The position numbers were made by a program, and so were the translations under genes. The notes beneath the pieces are model-generated. The model did not search any database. It was not told the origin of the DNA and saw only the letters and a program-made list of their open reading frames with translations. This document shows, one piece after another, positions 1-12,001 of a stretch of DNA of 64,000 nucleotides. Position 1 is the first letter of the stretch, and every line of letters starts with the position of its first letter. The stretch comes from Lama glama (taxonomy: Eukaryota), in the NCBI GenBank assembly GCA_028534125.1, contig CM052832.1, forward strand, positions 14,014,001 to 14,078,000, in the 5' to 3' direction.

Positions 1-183
1 AAGTTTCTTTCCAGGTATTAAAAAGTGCAGTGTTCTTTTTTTCCTCCTTTTCCAGTAACTAAGATGCACAGATAAATATAAAACAGTTTTACTTTGTAAA
101 ACGAAAGAATTGGTTGCTCTTGCCTTTAGGTATGTTACATTGGCTTTGATCAGTTATCAGCCAAATCCCTTTTCTCTTTCTAG

Positions 184-298
184 ATTGAGCTCCTTGATTT
201 CAAAGGAGAGGATTTATTTGAAGATGGAGGCATTATCCGAAGAATTAAACGGAAAGGAGAAGGGTATTCAAACCCAAACGAAGGAGCGACAGTAGAAA
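184..298 (+). CDS. FKBP5: FKBP5 coding exon 5 (end of FK1, linker, start of FK2)
   Basis: Acceptor ctctttctag at 174-183, donor A|gtaagt at 299. 115 nt reads [38 protein letters not shown]+A. The 'LFED' linker is FKBP51-type (FKBP52 has TEEED). This frame is absent from the ORF track. Confidence 0.97.
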
Positions 299-2044
299 GT
301 AAGTATTGCTGCGAGAGGGAACTGGTCCTTAAAAGTTGGGTTCCATTTATGCAGATGAAATGGAGATTCATTTTTTAAAATCTGTTTATAGAAACAAATG
401 TATTGAAAAAATATATATATATATATCAAGAATAGTCTTTAATTCAACATTTATTTAATAATGACTTCATTTAGTAAATACATATTCACCCTGTGTGTGC
501 CAGGTACTGTACCAGCCTCTACAAACTCAAAAAATGAATAAAAGATTGCCCCATCCGTCAAGGAATTCTTAGTCCAAGGACTCCTCGGTGTGCCAACAGC
601 TATATTAGTTGCCTTACATATTTATTCATTTATTTCTTACAGACTTTTGTGGTATGATTAATTATCCCCAGGTGAGAAAACTGAGTTCAGAGAAGTTAAC
701 ATAAATCAACCAAGGTTATAGAGTTACTACATAAAGCAGTAGATTGTAGTGCACTTCAGGGCTCTCAAACTCATCCCACTGGTTGCCATCAAGATAAAAT
801 CAGTTAATCATTTTAGTTAGATCAGAACTGGATAATAGTGTTTATTCTGTTCTATGTCAGGAGACCTAGACATGTTCTGTGCAAGTTCTGTTTTGTCATT
901 TATTGAGTGACCTGAAGCTATTGCATTTTTCATTTGCCAAGTTGAAAGTAAGGACACTACTGAGGACTAGAATACTAATCACCCTCCCTCCCTCCCAGAG
1001 GGAGGGGTATGTACATGTGTGCCTTTGTGTACACTACTTGTCACTTGCCCATTTCCCCAGTGAGTGAGTGCTGGAGGACCAGAATCTTCTTCTTTTTGTT
1101 TCCAGCATCACCTGTAGTGCCTTGCACACATTTAGTATTCAGTAAATGCTTTCTGCATGGATAAATGTTTGAAAGACGTCATTTACTGAGCTGAAGTACT
1201 TCAAAAGAGAGTTGTGAGAAAACATAAATACTTCCATTAAAAAAAAGTCACTAAAGAAGGATGGCAACATGAACTATTATAAAAAGCCTATTTAGAGTGA
1301 AGAGTTCATTTTAAAGAGTAAACTAGAATAGTTGATTTTCTCATCTTTAATGTTTGGGTATATTACTCTGAACCCATATTTCATTTTCACAAGTCTGGCA
1401 AATTAGTTCAAATTTTGTTTTGTTTTTTTTTTTAATTGGAAACAGTTATAAAAAGTATCACTGTGCTGTTGTATTTGAAGTGTTTAGATGGTTGTCATTC
1501 ATGATAAGTTTTAGAATAAATGAAGAAGAGCTTAGGTATATAATGTTGGAGGAATACCTAGACCAGAAGTCAGGAGATAGGATTCTGGCTTTGGCTGACT
1601 CTAAACAAACCCTGCCCCTCTGGCTTTAGCTTCTTTTTTATACAGTGATGCAGGGTAGACATCTTGATTTCTAAGGTCCTGCTAGCCCTGAACACTCAAT
1701 GGTAGAATTCTAAATGTTTATGAATGTTATAGGAATGATAGAAAATTCTCTTCAGTGTATTAACAAGCACTTAAAAATCTTGTCCATAACATGTTTTTAA
1801 ATTTTTATTGCAAAATTTCAAACATATTCAAAAGGAGAGTTTTTTCCCCTATGATACAGTGACTCCCCAGATTCAACAATTTATAACCTATATTTTAAAA
1901 CTGGCAGTTTTTGTCAACTAAATTGAAAGAAACCTTTTCCCTGTCATAGGCAGTACCACAAAACTACCATCATAGAGTTAACTTTGGAGCAAGCTAAATA
2001 AATTAAATCAAATTTTGCTTGTGGTAATACTTTCAATGGGAGTA

Positions 2045-3930
2045 ATTTTTTTAACTTTTTGTTTTGAAATAATTTCTCACTTACAGAAAAGTTGCAAAAC
2101 TAGTACAGAGAATTTCCTTATATGCTTCACCCAGCTTCCCCTAATGTTGACATCTTACCTAACCACAGTACAGAAAAATTAACATTGATTCAATCGTATT
2201 AACTATTTCTTAGATCTTACTTGAATTTCACCAGTTGCCACACTGATGTCCTTTTTCCGGTACGCAATCAAATTCAGGATTCAACGTTGTAATTTAGTTG
2301 TCATGTCTCCTTAGCCTCCTCCAGTCCATGACAGTTTATCAGTCTTCTGTGTTTTTCATGACTTTAACACTTTTGAAGATAACTGGCCAATTTTTTTGTA
2401 GACTATCCCTCAATTTGGGTTTGTCTGATGTTTTCCCCTGGTTAGACTGAGGTAACGCATTTTTGGAAAAATACCACACAAGTGATGCTGTGCCCGTCTC
2501 AGTTCATCATTATCAGGAGGTACATGATGCTGACTTCTCGTTACTGGTGGTACTAACTCTGGTCACTTGGTTAAGGTGGAGTCTGCCGTGTTTCTCCACT
2601 GTAAAGTTACTGTTTTTCTCTTTGTAATTACTCGCTATCTCATTGGGAGAGAAATAATAGGAGACTATGGAAATATCTTCTTTTACATCAAATCTTCACA
2701 CACTAATTTTAGCATTCATGAATGATTTTTGCATACAACAGTAATTACTCTGGTATTTGCCTAATGGTGACTTTTCTATTTCTACTGTTCCTTCTACACT
2801 TAATTGGAATTCTATTGTAAGGAAGAGCTGCCTGTTCTCTCCTGTTTGTCTATGTCAGTACTGACCCATGGATATTACTGTTCTGTTGGTTATTATTCAT
2901 TACTGCTCTTATTTATTTTTTGTTGCTCAGATTGTCCCAGATTTGGCCATTGGAACCCCCTGTCCTTTCAACATTGTTTTTTGAGCACTTTCTTACTTTT
3001 GGCACCACAGGATGCTCTAGGCTCATTTTTGTCATTTCCCTCCTCCAGGCCTAGAATCAGCCATTTCTCCAAGGAGCTCTGATTCCTTTTACTGGAGAAT
3101 GGTATTTAGAAACCAAGATCTGAGTGGTAGGTATACTCATGCTATGGAATGTTATTGCTTCTAGAACCTCTTAACAGAGCTAGGAAATACTTGTACCTCA
3201 AGATGCATACATATACATATATATGTACTTTGATATTAGTCTGTGTATGTATATTAAAAATTATGAGTACATAGTGACACTTTAAGTTCCAGTTCAACAC
3301 CACCCATTTGTTTTAACCTTCTCTCTGGTTCTTTGACTCTACTTTCTCCAACTCGAGAAATCTGGCTCTCATCATCCACAATATATTTGTTTGTTTGCTC
3401 CATTGTAGTATATACAGAAAGTAGTTTCAGAATTGCTAACCTGTATCCCTGTGAAAAACAAATTTCCTACGTAGGAAGTATCTGTGTATAGTTCCTTTTG
3501 TCATAGCCTAAAGCATGCATTGAAAGCCCTGTTTTCCACCTTAGGTTAGTTCTTTCATCCTCATTCCCTTCAATATGGTTATGTTATTCATTCGTAATAT
3601 AGTTAAATTCATTTGTCGTGTTTGCCTTCCCTTTGGGGTTCCCCCCACAGTCTGGTTGGTTTCATTTCTTTATTTGTTTCTTGGGTTTATGAAACAAATT
3701 CTAAATAGATTCTAAACTATACAAAAAGATATACTCAGAAGTGTTATTCCCACCTTACCGCTACTAATTCCCATTTCCTGGTTATTTCTACTCTGTTCCT
3801 TCCTACTTCCTGTAGGTAACTAATCTCATTAGATTCTGGTTTCTTCTTTTTTTTTTTTTTTTTTAAGAAAAGAGCAGATACATGTATTTTTTCTTATATC
3901 CTCTTCCTTTTTGCATGAAGAACAACATAC
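2045..3930 (-). mobile_element. Old LINE-1 3' region (L1MC/L1MD-like), antisense in intron 5
   Basis: Starts tttgaaataatttctcacttacagaaaagttgcaaaactagtacagagaattt…, typical of reverse-complemented L1MC-type 3' ends. Degenerate, with approximate boundaries. Confidence 0.65.
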
Positions 3931-4906
3931 TATGAATGGAATTTTTTAAATGTATTTGAATAATCCTTTATATAATTTTAGTTTTTCTGTTTTGAAATAA
4001 GAAAGGGCAACGACTGACTTTTTCGTCTCGCATCTTGTTAGATTGTACTTCTCTGGGAAATTTTAGAGTAAATGGCTTATTTTTACTTCTTCTCCCAAAA
4101 GCCCTTTTTGGTTTTTTGGAACAAATCAGTTTTATAAAAATGTATTGTATTGTCAGTTATCAAGGTTAAGGTGTCCTGCTTTCCCTCTTTGAAACCAGTT
4201 AGCTATGTGTGGGTGGAGGGCAGAAGGTGGACTTAAAAGTGGACCCTGCCAGAAGCCAAGGTCACCTTGTTCTTTGAAGTCTTCTCAGTCTTTACCAGTT
4301 TGCCTTTTTTTGTAGTATCACCCTTAGACTTAGATTCAAAACCAGGTAGAAATCCTAGAACTAAAGCCAGTCCTACAGTGAAAGAGAACTAAACACAGTG
4401 ATCATCCATTATAACGTAATTATAGATACACAAGAGTCACCAAGTTTCTGTCACTTCTGTATAAAGGTACAGTGAGTAGTCAGGGGAGGGGACACATAGG
4501 CTTTGGAAGTGATAGACGTGAGCTTTGAATCTTGAAATCACTACTTGATTTTTCTATTGCTTTAGACAGGGCACTTAATCACCTTGAGCATCCAGTTTTG
4601 TCATCTGTAAAATGGTAATAATAATCTTTTACCCCCCCAGATTGTTGTGACAGTTAAATGAAGAAAGGTGCCTAGTACATGGTAGACACTTAATTTCTTT
4701 TTTTTTAACCTTCTGTATTATGTTTATATCTTTTGTTTTGCTTCCTTTAAATAGATTTAAAGGAAATAAATCCTTGACTTCTTCTCTTACATTCTGCATC
4801 CAGTTCACCAGCAAATCCTTTTGGCTCTACTGGGGCTGACCTAGAACCAGTGTTCAATTTGTCTTTGTCTTTAATAACAGTCTTCAGATTACTTATATAT
4901 CTTCTT

Positions 4907-6249
4907 TTTTTTAAAACATTTTTTATTGATTTATAATCATTTTACAATGTTGTGTCAAATTTTCAGTGTAGAGCACAATTTTTCAGTTATACATGAACAC
5001 ATATATATATTCATTGTCACACTGTTTTCTCTGTGAGCTACCATAAGATCTTGTATATATTTCCCTGTGCTATACAGTATAATCTTGTTTATCTATTCTA
5101 CAATTTTGAAATCCCAGTCTATCTCTTCCCACCCCCTGCCCCCTTGGCAACCACAAGTTTATATTCTATGTCTGTGAGTCTATTTCTGTTTTGTATTTAT
5201 GCTTTCTTTGTTTGTTTGTTTTGTTTTGTTTTTATAGATTCCACATATGAGCAATCTCATATGGTATTTTTCTTTCTCTTTCTGGCTTACTTAGAATGAC
5301 ATTCTCCAGGAGCATCCATGTTTTTGGTTTGGTTTTTTTTTTACATTTTTTATTGCTTCATAATCATTTTACAGTGTTGTGTCAAATTCCAGTGTTCAGC
5401 ACAATTTTTCAGTCATTCATGGACATATACACACTCATTGTCACATTTTTTTCTCTGTGATTTATCATAACATTTTGTGTATATTTCCCTGTGCTATATA
5501 CAGTGTAATCTTGNNNNNNNNNNNNNNNNNNNNNNNNNNNNNNNNNNNNNNNNNNNNNNNNNNNNNNNNNNNNNNNNNNNNNNNNNNNNNNNNNNNNNNN
5601 NNNNNNNNNNNNNNNNNNNNNNNNNNNNNNNNNNNNNNNNNNNNNNNNNNNNNNNNNNNNNNNNNNNNNNNNNNNNNNNNNNNNNNNNNNNNNNNNNNNN
5701 NNNNNNNNNNNNNNNNNNNNNNNNNNNNNNNNNNNNNNNNNNNNNNNNNNNNNNNNNNNNNNNNNNNNNNNNNNNNNNNNNNNNNNNNNNNNNNNNNNNN
5801 NNNNNNNNNNNNNNNNNNNNNNNNNNNNNNNNNNNNNNNNNNNNNNNNNNNNNNNNNNNNNNNNNNNNNNNNNNNNNNNNNNNNNNNNNNNNNNNNNNNN
5901 NNNNNNNNNNNNNNNNNNNNNNNNNNNNNNNNNNNNNNNNNNNNNNNNNNNNNNNNNNNNNNNNNNNNNNNNNNNNNNNNNNNNNNNNNNNNNNNNNNNN
6001 NNNNNNNNNNNNNATATTGTTAAAATGGTCACACTGCCCAAGGCAATCTACAGATTTAATGCAATCCCTATCAAATTACCCAGGACATATTTCACAGAAC
6101 TAGAACAAATAATAAAATTTATATGGAACCATCAAAGACCTATAATTGCCAAAGCATTACTGAAGAGAAAAAAAGAGGCTGGAGGAATAACTCTCCCAGA
6201 CTTCAGGCAATACTATAGAGCTACAGTCATCAAGACAGCATGGTATTGG
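4907..6249 (-). mobile_element. Young LINE-1 insertion: 3' end on - strand, second nested 3' end, inverted ORF2 piece on + strand
   Basis: T-tail plus L1 3' UTR from 4907, a second T-tail/3' UTR from ~5321, and ORF2 peptide [19 protein letters not shown]…KTAWYW at 6025-6249 (+). Flanking TSD ttatatatcttctt (4893-4906) / ttatgtatcttctt (6250-6263). Confidence 0.8.
5514..6013. other. Assembly gap (500 N)
   Basis: Run of exactly 500 n, flanked by L1 sequence on both sides. The round number suggests a placeholder length. Confidence 0.99.
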
Positions 6250-6374
6250 TTATGTATCTTCTTAATAGTAATTTTACCCTAAATCATATTTCTCTAGGAT
6301 TTTTGTTTTTTGAAGAATAAAGTTATGGACTGAATCAAAAGCCTTTTATTGAATTATGGTCTTTTGCTTCCTTT

Positions 6375-6521
6375 TTTATTGTAGTGTGGTCAGTTTACAA
6401 TGTTGTGTCAGTTTCTGGTGTACAGCATAATGTTTCAGTCATACATACATATACATATATTCATTTTCATATTCTTTTTCATTATAGGTTACTACAAGAT
6501 ATTGAATATAGTTCCCTGTGA
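6375..6521 (-). mobile_element. Short 5'-truncated LINE-1 3' end
   Basis: L1 3' UTR text (…tacaatgttgtgtcagtttctggtgtacagcat…) with perfect 15-bp TSD tcttttgcttccttt at 6360-6374 and 6522-6536. Confidence 0.85.
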
Positions 6522-7517
6522 TCTTTTGCTTCCTTTCAATAATTTGTTTCTATGTGGTAGAGAGAACTTAACATTAATTTGACAGGATTTATAATTTCTT
6601 AAAGAAATTGTGATTTTTACTCTCTGTCAAGATCCTTATGCTTGCAAATCAATTTTTAGATTCTGTTCCAGTGTGCTTTTTTTGTGTCAATTAAGATGAC
6701 CATCTTGTAATTTTTATTGTGTTGTCCTTTTTCTATTAAAAAAAAAAGTCACTGTGTTCTAAGATACTCTAATTGACATTATCATGATAACTGATACTTT
6801 AGTCATCATACTTTAGTTTAAGTGCCAGTAGTGGCTAAATTGTTGCTTTTAAGCTTTGCTTTCTTAGAAAATCCAATCTGTCTGACATAAGGTTGTGAAT
6901 AGCTACCAGTTTCTCTTCCCCCAGCTCCCATCTTTCACATCTTCTGATTGGTTAACTTAGTGCTTGAAGTAGGCACATCAAAATGCCAGCTGTGTGTGGC
7001 TCTCTTGCCTCTTGCTTCACAGTGCTTTCAACCACATTTGAATGCAAAGAATGCACGCAATTGGCAGTATTTTCTAATGTGAACATTTCAGCAGAGTGAT
7101 CTGCAGGGATTGAAGTCGTTGGAGTACCCTTCCCTCTCACCCCCTTTCCCTCTCCAAATCCTGCTGAAATAAGAGATGGTGGGAGGTGAAGGGTGGAGAA
7201 TGATTTCAAAAAAAGAGGAAGAAATCCATATTAGTGCTGGAAAAAAGGAAGAATACCAGAAGTGGATCAGAAATTAGGAAGAATTTCTGGAATATGTAAA
7301 GTAGATAAAATTGGACTGATGGAAACTAGACTCAGGAAACCCAACCCACAACAGGTGTAGAGAAGACCTCTGCAGAGGTACATGCCGTTCTTCTCAGTGA
7401 GCTTGGGCAGAACTCCAAGCTCAGTCAGCTGGTGCACGGGAGCCAAAGCAGACTATGGGGCAATCATCAGGGTGGTTATAAAACAATATGGAACTTCTGG
7501 GCCAGTAGACCTCTAGT

Positions 7518-7700
7518 GTAGTAGTTCTCAACTTTGGTTGAATTTAGAATTACCTGGGGAGCTTTTAAAACCCTGATGCCTACGTCTCAGCCCAGACCAG
7601 TTAAATAAGAATCTCAAATCTCAAAGGGTGGTACTCCAGGCACAAGTATGTTTTTTAAACTCCCCAGGTAATTCTAGTTTGCAGCCAAGGCTTGAAAATT
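7518..7700. mobile_element. MER5A-like hAT-Charlie DNA transposon fossil
   Basis: cagtagttctcaactttggttg…agaattacctggggagctttt…ctccccaggtaattctagtttgcagccaaggcttgaaa matches the recalled MER5A consensus. Confidence 0.75.
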
Positions 7701-8691
7701 ACTATAGGCTCTGGCTGTGACTTTCGCTCTCAGGCTAAAGTGAGTTAGGCCAGGTTTTTTAAATAAAATAAAGATGGGCCTCAGAAGACTCCACACGTTA
7801 GGACTTGCACTATAACATGAAAGCATAAAGTAGCTTTGAACTTTTAAAACAGATTTGAAGGGGAAACAAGTGAAAGAGCAGCCCTGCTCTTTCAGTAATA
7901 TGCTAAAGTGTTTGGTTCCTAAAGTAAAACTTTTTCCTACATCACCAGTGGAAAATGGTATCCCCAGCCTTCCTTTGGATATCATGCTCAGCACGTAGTA
8001 AATGCACAGTAAGTGCTTGTGGAATCTTCACCCAGAGAGCTCCACAGTCAACCCACCTCCTTTGGGAATGGGCCTAGCATGGAAGTATATCCAAATGCTT
8101 AGAAAAACTGTGTCAGGTAACTATAAACTATAATCACTTGATCTTTCTGAATCTTTCCTTTATCATATGACCAAACAATACAGAATCATCAGCAGATACC
8201 ATGAAACAAGCACTGAGGTGAACTAAGAAGAAATAGAAGATTTTCAAAATACTAATTACTATCTTAATAGATATTTAACAGGATATTAAAATTCTAAGTC
8301 AAAAACCAGCTTCTCTGGACAAGGAAAGAGAAGAAAGTTTCTGGAAGTTAAGAATATGATTATCAAAATTGGAATCCAGAAGAAGGGTTGAAAATCAAAA
8401 TGGACAGCCCCAGAATCCTGACTTGGTAATATGAAAGATAGTCAATAATATCTCAGAACACAGAGCAAAAAGAAAAAAACAAAACACCCAAGAGATGAAA
8501 AATGAAAGAAAAATTAGAAGACTATGATAATAAGTCAAAGATAGACAGTTTGTATATAACCAAATGCATAATAGAAGAAAATTTCCTAGAGAAAATAGGA
8601 GAGCCTTTAGATTGAAAGTCTTAGTTTATAGTGGCATACAGGAGTAAGAAGTGCTTTTTCATTTTAAAGATACATCCTGATGAAATTTCTT

Positions 8692-9168
8692 TTTTTAATT
8701 GAAGTATAATTGACTTATAATATATTAGTTTCAGGTGTACAACATAGTGATTCAGTATTTTTATACATTAACAAAACGATAACCATGATAAGTCAAGTTA
8801 CCATTTGTCACCATACAAAATTACAGTATTAACTCTATTCCTACATATATTGACCACATGCTGTAATTATATTCCCTGACTTAATTTCTAGTGAAATTTA
8901 TACCTCTTTATCTCCCTCACTGGTTTCCCTGTCTCCCTACCCCTCTCACCTCTGGCAACCACCTGTTTGTGTGCCTGTAACTCTGTTTCTGTTATATTTG
9001 TTAATTTGCTTTGTTTTTTAGATTCCACAAGTAAGTGAAATCACATGGTATTTGTCTTTGACTTATTTCACTTAGCATAATACTAAGTCCATCCATGTTG
9101 GTGCAAATGGCTGGATTTCATCCTTTTTTATGGCTGAATAGTATTTCTTTGTGTGTGTGTGTATTTGG
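8692..9168 (-). mobile_element. L1MA-like 3' end inserted into an older A-rich L1 remnant (~8150-10100)
   Basis: ttttaattgaagtataattgac…ttagattccaca…ggctgaatagtattt, with TSD tgaaatttctt at 8681-8691 and 9169-9179. Confidence 0.8.
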
Positions 9169-10387
9169 TGAAATTTCTTAATTCCATAGCTTGAAAGAAA
9201 ATTTTGAACTCTTCGAGGGAGAATCAAGCTAGATGCAAAGGAATGAGAATCAAAATGACATCAAACTTCTAATTTGTGACACTAAACATGAAAAGACAAT
9301 GCTTTGAGCACTGTCTATGAGTATTTTGAACCTAGGATTCTATGCTCAGCCAAATTACCATTTAAATATGAGAACAAAATTAACTTTGGAATTTGTAGAC
9401 TTGTGCCCTTTTTGAAAAAAATAATACTATAGGATATACTAAAACATCACAAAAAAATAAAGCCAAGAACTGAAGATTCAAAGCATAAGAAACATTAGTG
9501 GGCATAAAAGTAACTTCCATAACATGACCATGAAGTTAGAAATTTATCTTGAAAGATCCCTGAAATGGTAGAACTATAACATTAAAAATAATAATAGTTT
9601 AATAGTACGGAGCTAGGTTCTGAGTCATTTAAACAAAATGTCGTGCAGATGGAAAATGAAGAGGAAAGTGATTTTCTTATTCCAGGAGATATTATGCTGA
9701 TTAGTTAATATAGATAAACATGAATGTACATGTGTATGTATAACACTGAATGATTTGTTTAAAATTTAACGTTAGATACGAGTAAGAATAGCACGTAGAA
9801 CTCCGAGACCACCCAGGGTGGAGTGGGAAAGTAGAGGAACAAGGAAAATTTGCTCAATCTAGAAAAAGTAATAAAAGAAAAATAACAAGAAAACATTATG
9901 TAGGAAACCTAAAATAAGATGGTAGGAATAAAATCAGTCATGCCAGTGATTACAAAAAATATGAATGGGGAAAAAGCCACCTATTAAGGGCAGAAATCCT
10001 CGTAAGGATAAAACAATGATGACAACAAAATCCAGCTGTTATTACATTAAAAAACAAAATGGTCCAAAGATTTTAAACAGAGGAAAGATTTCATGTATGC
10101 CCATATTGAGATCTGATAGAGGTATGAGGGCTTTTTGGTTTTGTTTTTCCCATACTTTTGAAGTGTTTATCAATGTCCTGGCAAATTTTGTCCAATAAGA
10201 GAAATTAAATTCTTGAAACCATTTTTCACAAAATAGTGTAGTATGGTACTTGGTCTAAAATGGATAGTGTTTATTCTTTCAAATATGTTGGATTTATATA
10301 GCTCCTTTCTTCCAAAAAGAGATCTTCAAGTCTTTGGGTAAAGTCTTAATAGAAAATAAGCTTTTGTTATTTAAAAGGAGCAACAGT

Positions 10388-10530
10388 AGGGGTGGAGGAG
10401 TGGGAGGTACACACTGCTGGGTATAAGATTGTCTCGAAGGTATATTGTACAGCACGGGGAATAGAGCCAATTACATTATTTTGTAATAACTATAAATGGA
10501 AAATAACCTTTAAAATGGTATAAATTTTTT
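10388..10530 (+). mobile_element. Short L1MA-like 3' end
   Basis: gggaggtacacactgctgggtataagat…tatattgtacagcacggggaatagagccaa…ataactataaatgga…aacctttaaaa. Confidence 0.7.
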
Positions 10531-11955
10531 AAATTTCATAAGTGAAAACATTATCAGGCAAAAAAAGAAAAGAAATGCTAATATATTCAAAAAGGAAAAT
10601 TCCTATAAATGAGTGAAAATTACTGCAGTTTTCCTTAATGTCCTATTTTCAAATTAATCATTAAATAAATATTTACTTTCTGGCCCTGAACTGTGTGTTT
10701 GGGCCCTGTGAGATCCAAAAGAAGATACTGCCTCTGCCCACTTTGAATTTTGTTCATACTTTGACACCTCTTTCTGTGGAGACTTTAAGTAGTTTCTTAT
10801 ACCACGTTCTAAAACATGGTTGATCTGGTATAATTTACCACTAATTGCAGGAAAATAATCATAGCTAACATTCATTGGGTCCATCTCTATATCCACACGT
10901 GACAGTATTTTCATATAGTCGCTGCTCTGACGCATAAATGAATGCATGCCAGCTATTGGGCTAAAAGCTTTAATTCAGTACTTAATCTAATCCTCTCAAT
11001 GGTTATGAGGTAGCTAATGTTATTTCCCCTATTGTAGAGATGTAGAAACTGAGCTTCAGATAATTTAAATGGCCTTGCCCAAAGCCACAATAGTTAAGTG
11101 GCAGAATGGGCCTGGAATCCAGGTCTAACTAAAGCGCTATACTGGTGTAAAGAGAAGAGTGGTGAGGATTTGGGTTGGTGTAGAATTTATTGCTGTGTGT
11201 ATGCTTCCTGTGTAAACTAAGATGTAATCGTCTGCATAAATGTTATTCTCTTCAAGGAGCCAGGTTCCATGCCTGCTCTCAGTCAGCATCTGTCCCTCAG
11301 TGCCATAAGCAGTCTTAGGTATTTGTTCATCTCGAAGAGTACAGAATGGTGCAGAGGAGGACAGGAGGCAGTTTTGGGGAAATTAAGCATCATGCCTGAT
11401 GAGGAGTTTCTCTTCTAATCAGTGATTAATATGCCCCTCCTGATTTTAGAAATCTGCCTCTGCTTCCCCATTTGCCTTTTCAGGGGGTCGTTAAGATCCC
11501 ACTGTCTCTTGGATGCTCCTGCTTTGTTAGGCAGGCAGAGAGAAACTCACTTGGCATGAATTAGGCAGCAGAGAAAACCCTTGCCGAGTGGGAGTAACCT
11601 GTCACAACCTGGTTTTCTCTGGCTAAATGACCCATCTTGTGTAGTAGTAATGCCATTACAACATTCCCATTCAGATCCCCATGACCTAGTAATTGTTTCA
11701 GGAATGAGTGCAAAGCTATCAGACACCAACTACTATAATTAGAAAAGGGAAAAACACTTATCAGAGCTAATGTCTTTTAGGCTGGAGCATTTACAGCACT
11801 TTTTTTTTTAAGGTTATGGAACCTCTCTCAGTTTTGCTTCCTAAAATACAAATTATACAGCTTTTGGTTTCTTGAATTCCAGTTTTTTTTTTCCCTTACT
11901 GCAGTGCACTCTCTTTCCTTTTCCCCCCATTTTAATCGGAGTACAAATTGCTGTC

Positions 11956-11970
11956 AGCACATCGAGTTCA
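11956..11970 (+). promoter_or_regulatory. Intron 5 glucocorticoid/androgen/progesterone response element 1 (AGCACAtcgAGTTCA)
   Basis: Imperfect IR3 palindrome 16 bp upstream of a perfect one. It matches the paired-HRE arrangement known for FKBP5 intron 5 (intron E). Confidence 0.8.
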
Positions 11971-11986
11971 TGTGCCAGCCACATTC

Positions 11987-12001
11987 AGAACAGGGTGTTC
12001 T
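11987..12001 (+). promoter_or_regulatory. Intron 5 steroid response element 2 (AGAACAgggTGTTCT)
   Basis: Perfect consensus AGAACAnnnTGTTCT palindrome in non-repetitive intronic sequence of a known steroid-induced gene. Confidence 0.92.

Noticed and set aside
110..295. 61-aa ORF overlapping exon 5
   Set aside because: It is in the wrong frame. The true FKBP5 frame starts at the splice acceptor (184) and is not listed in the track.
5379..6103. The three longest ORFs in the track (208-214 aa)
   Set aside because: They are artefacts of translating through the 500-N gap.
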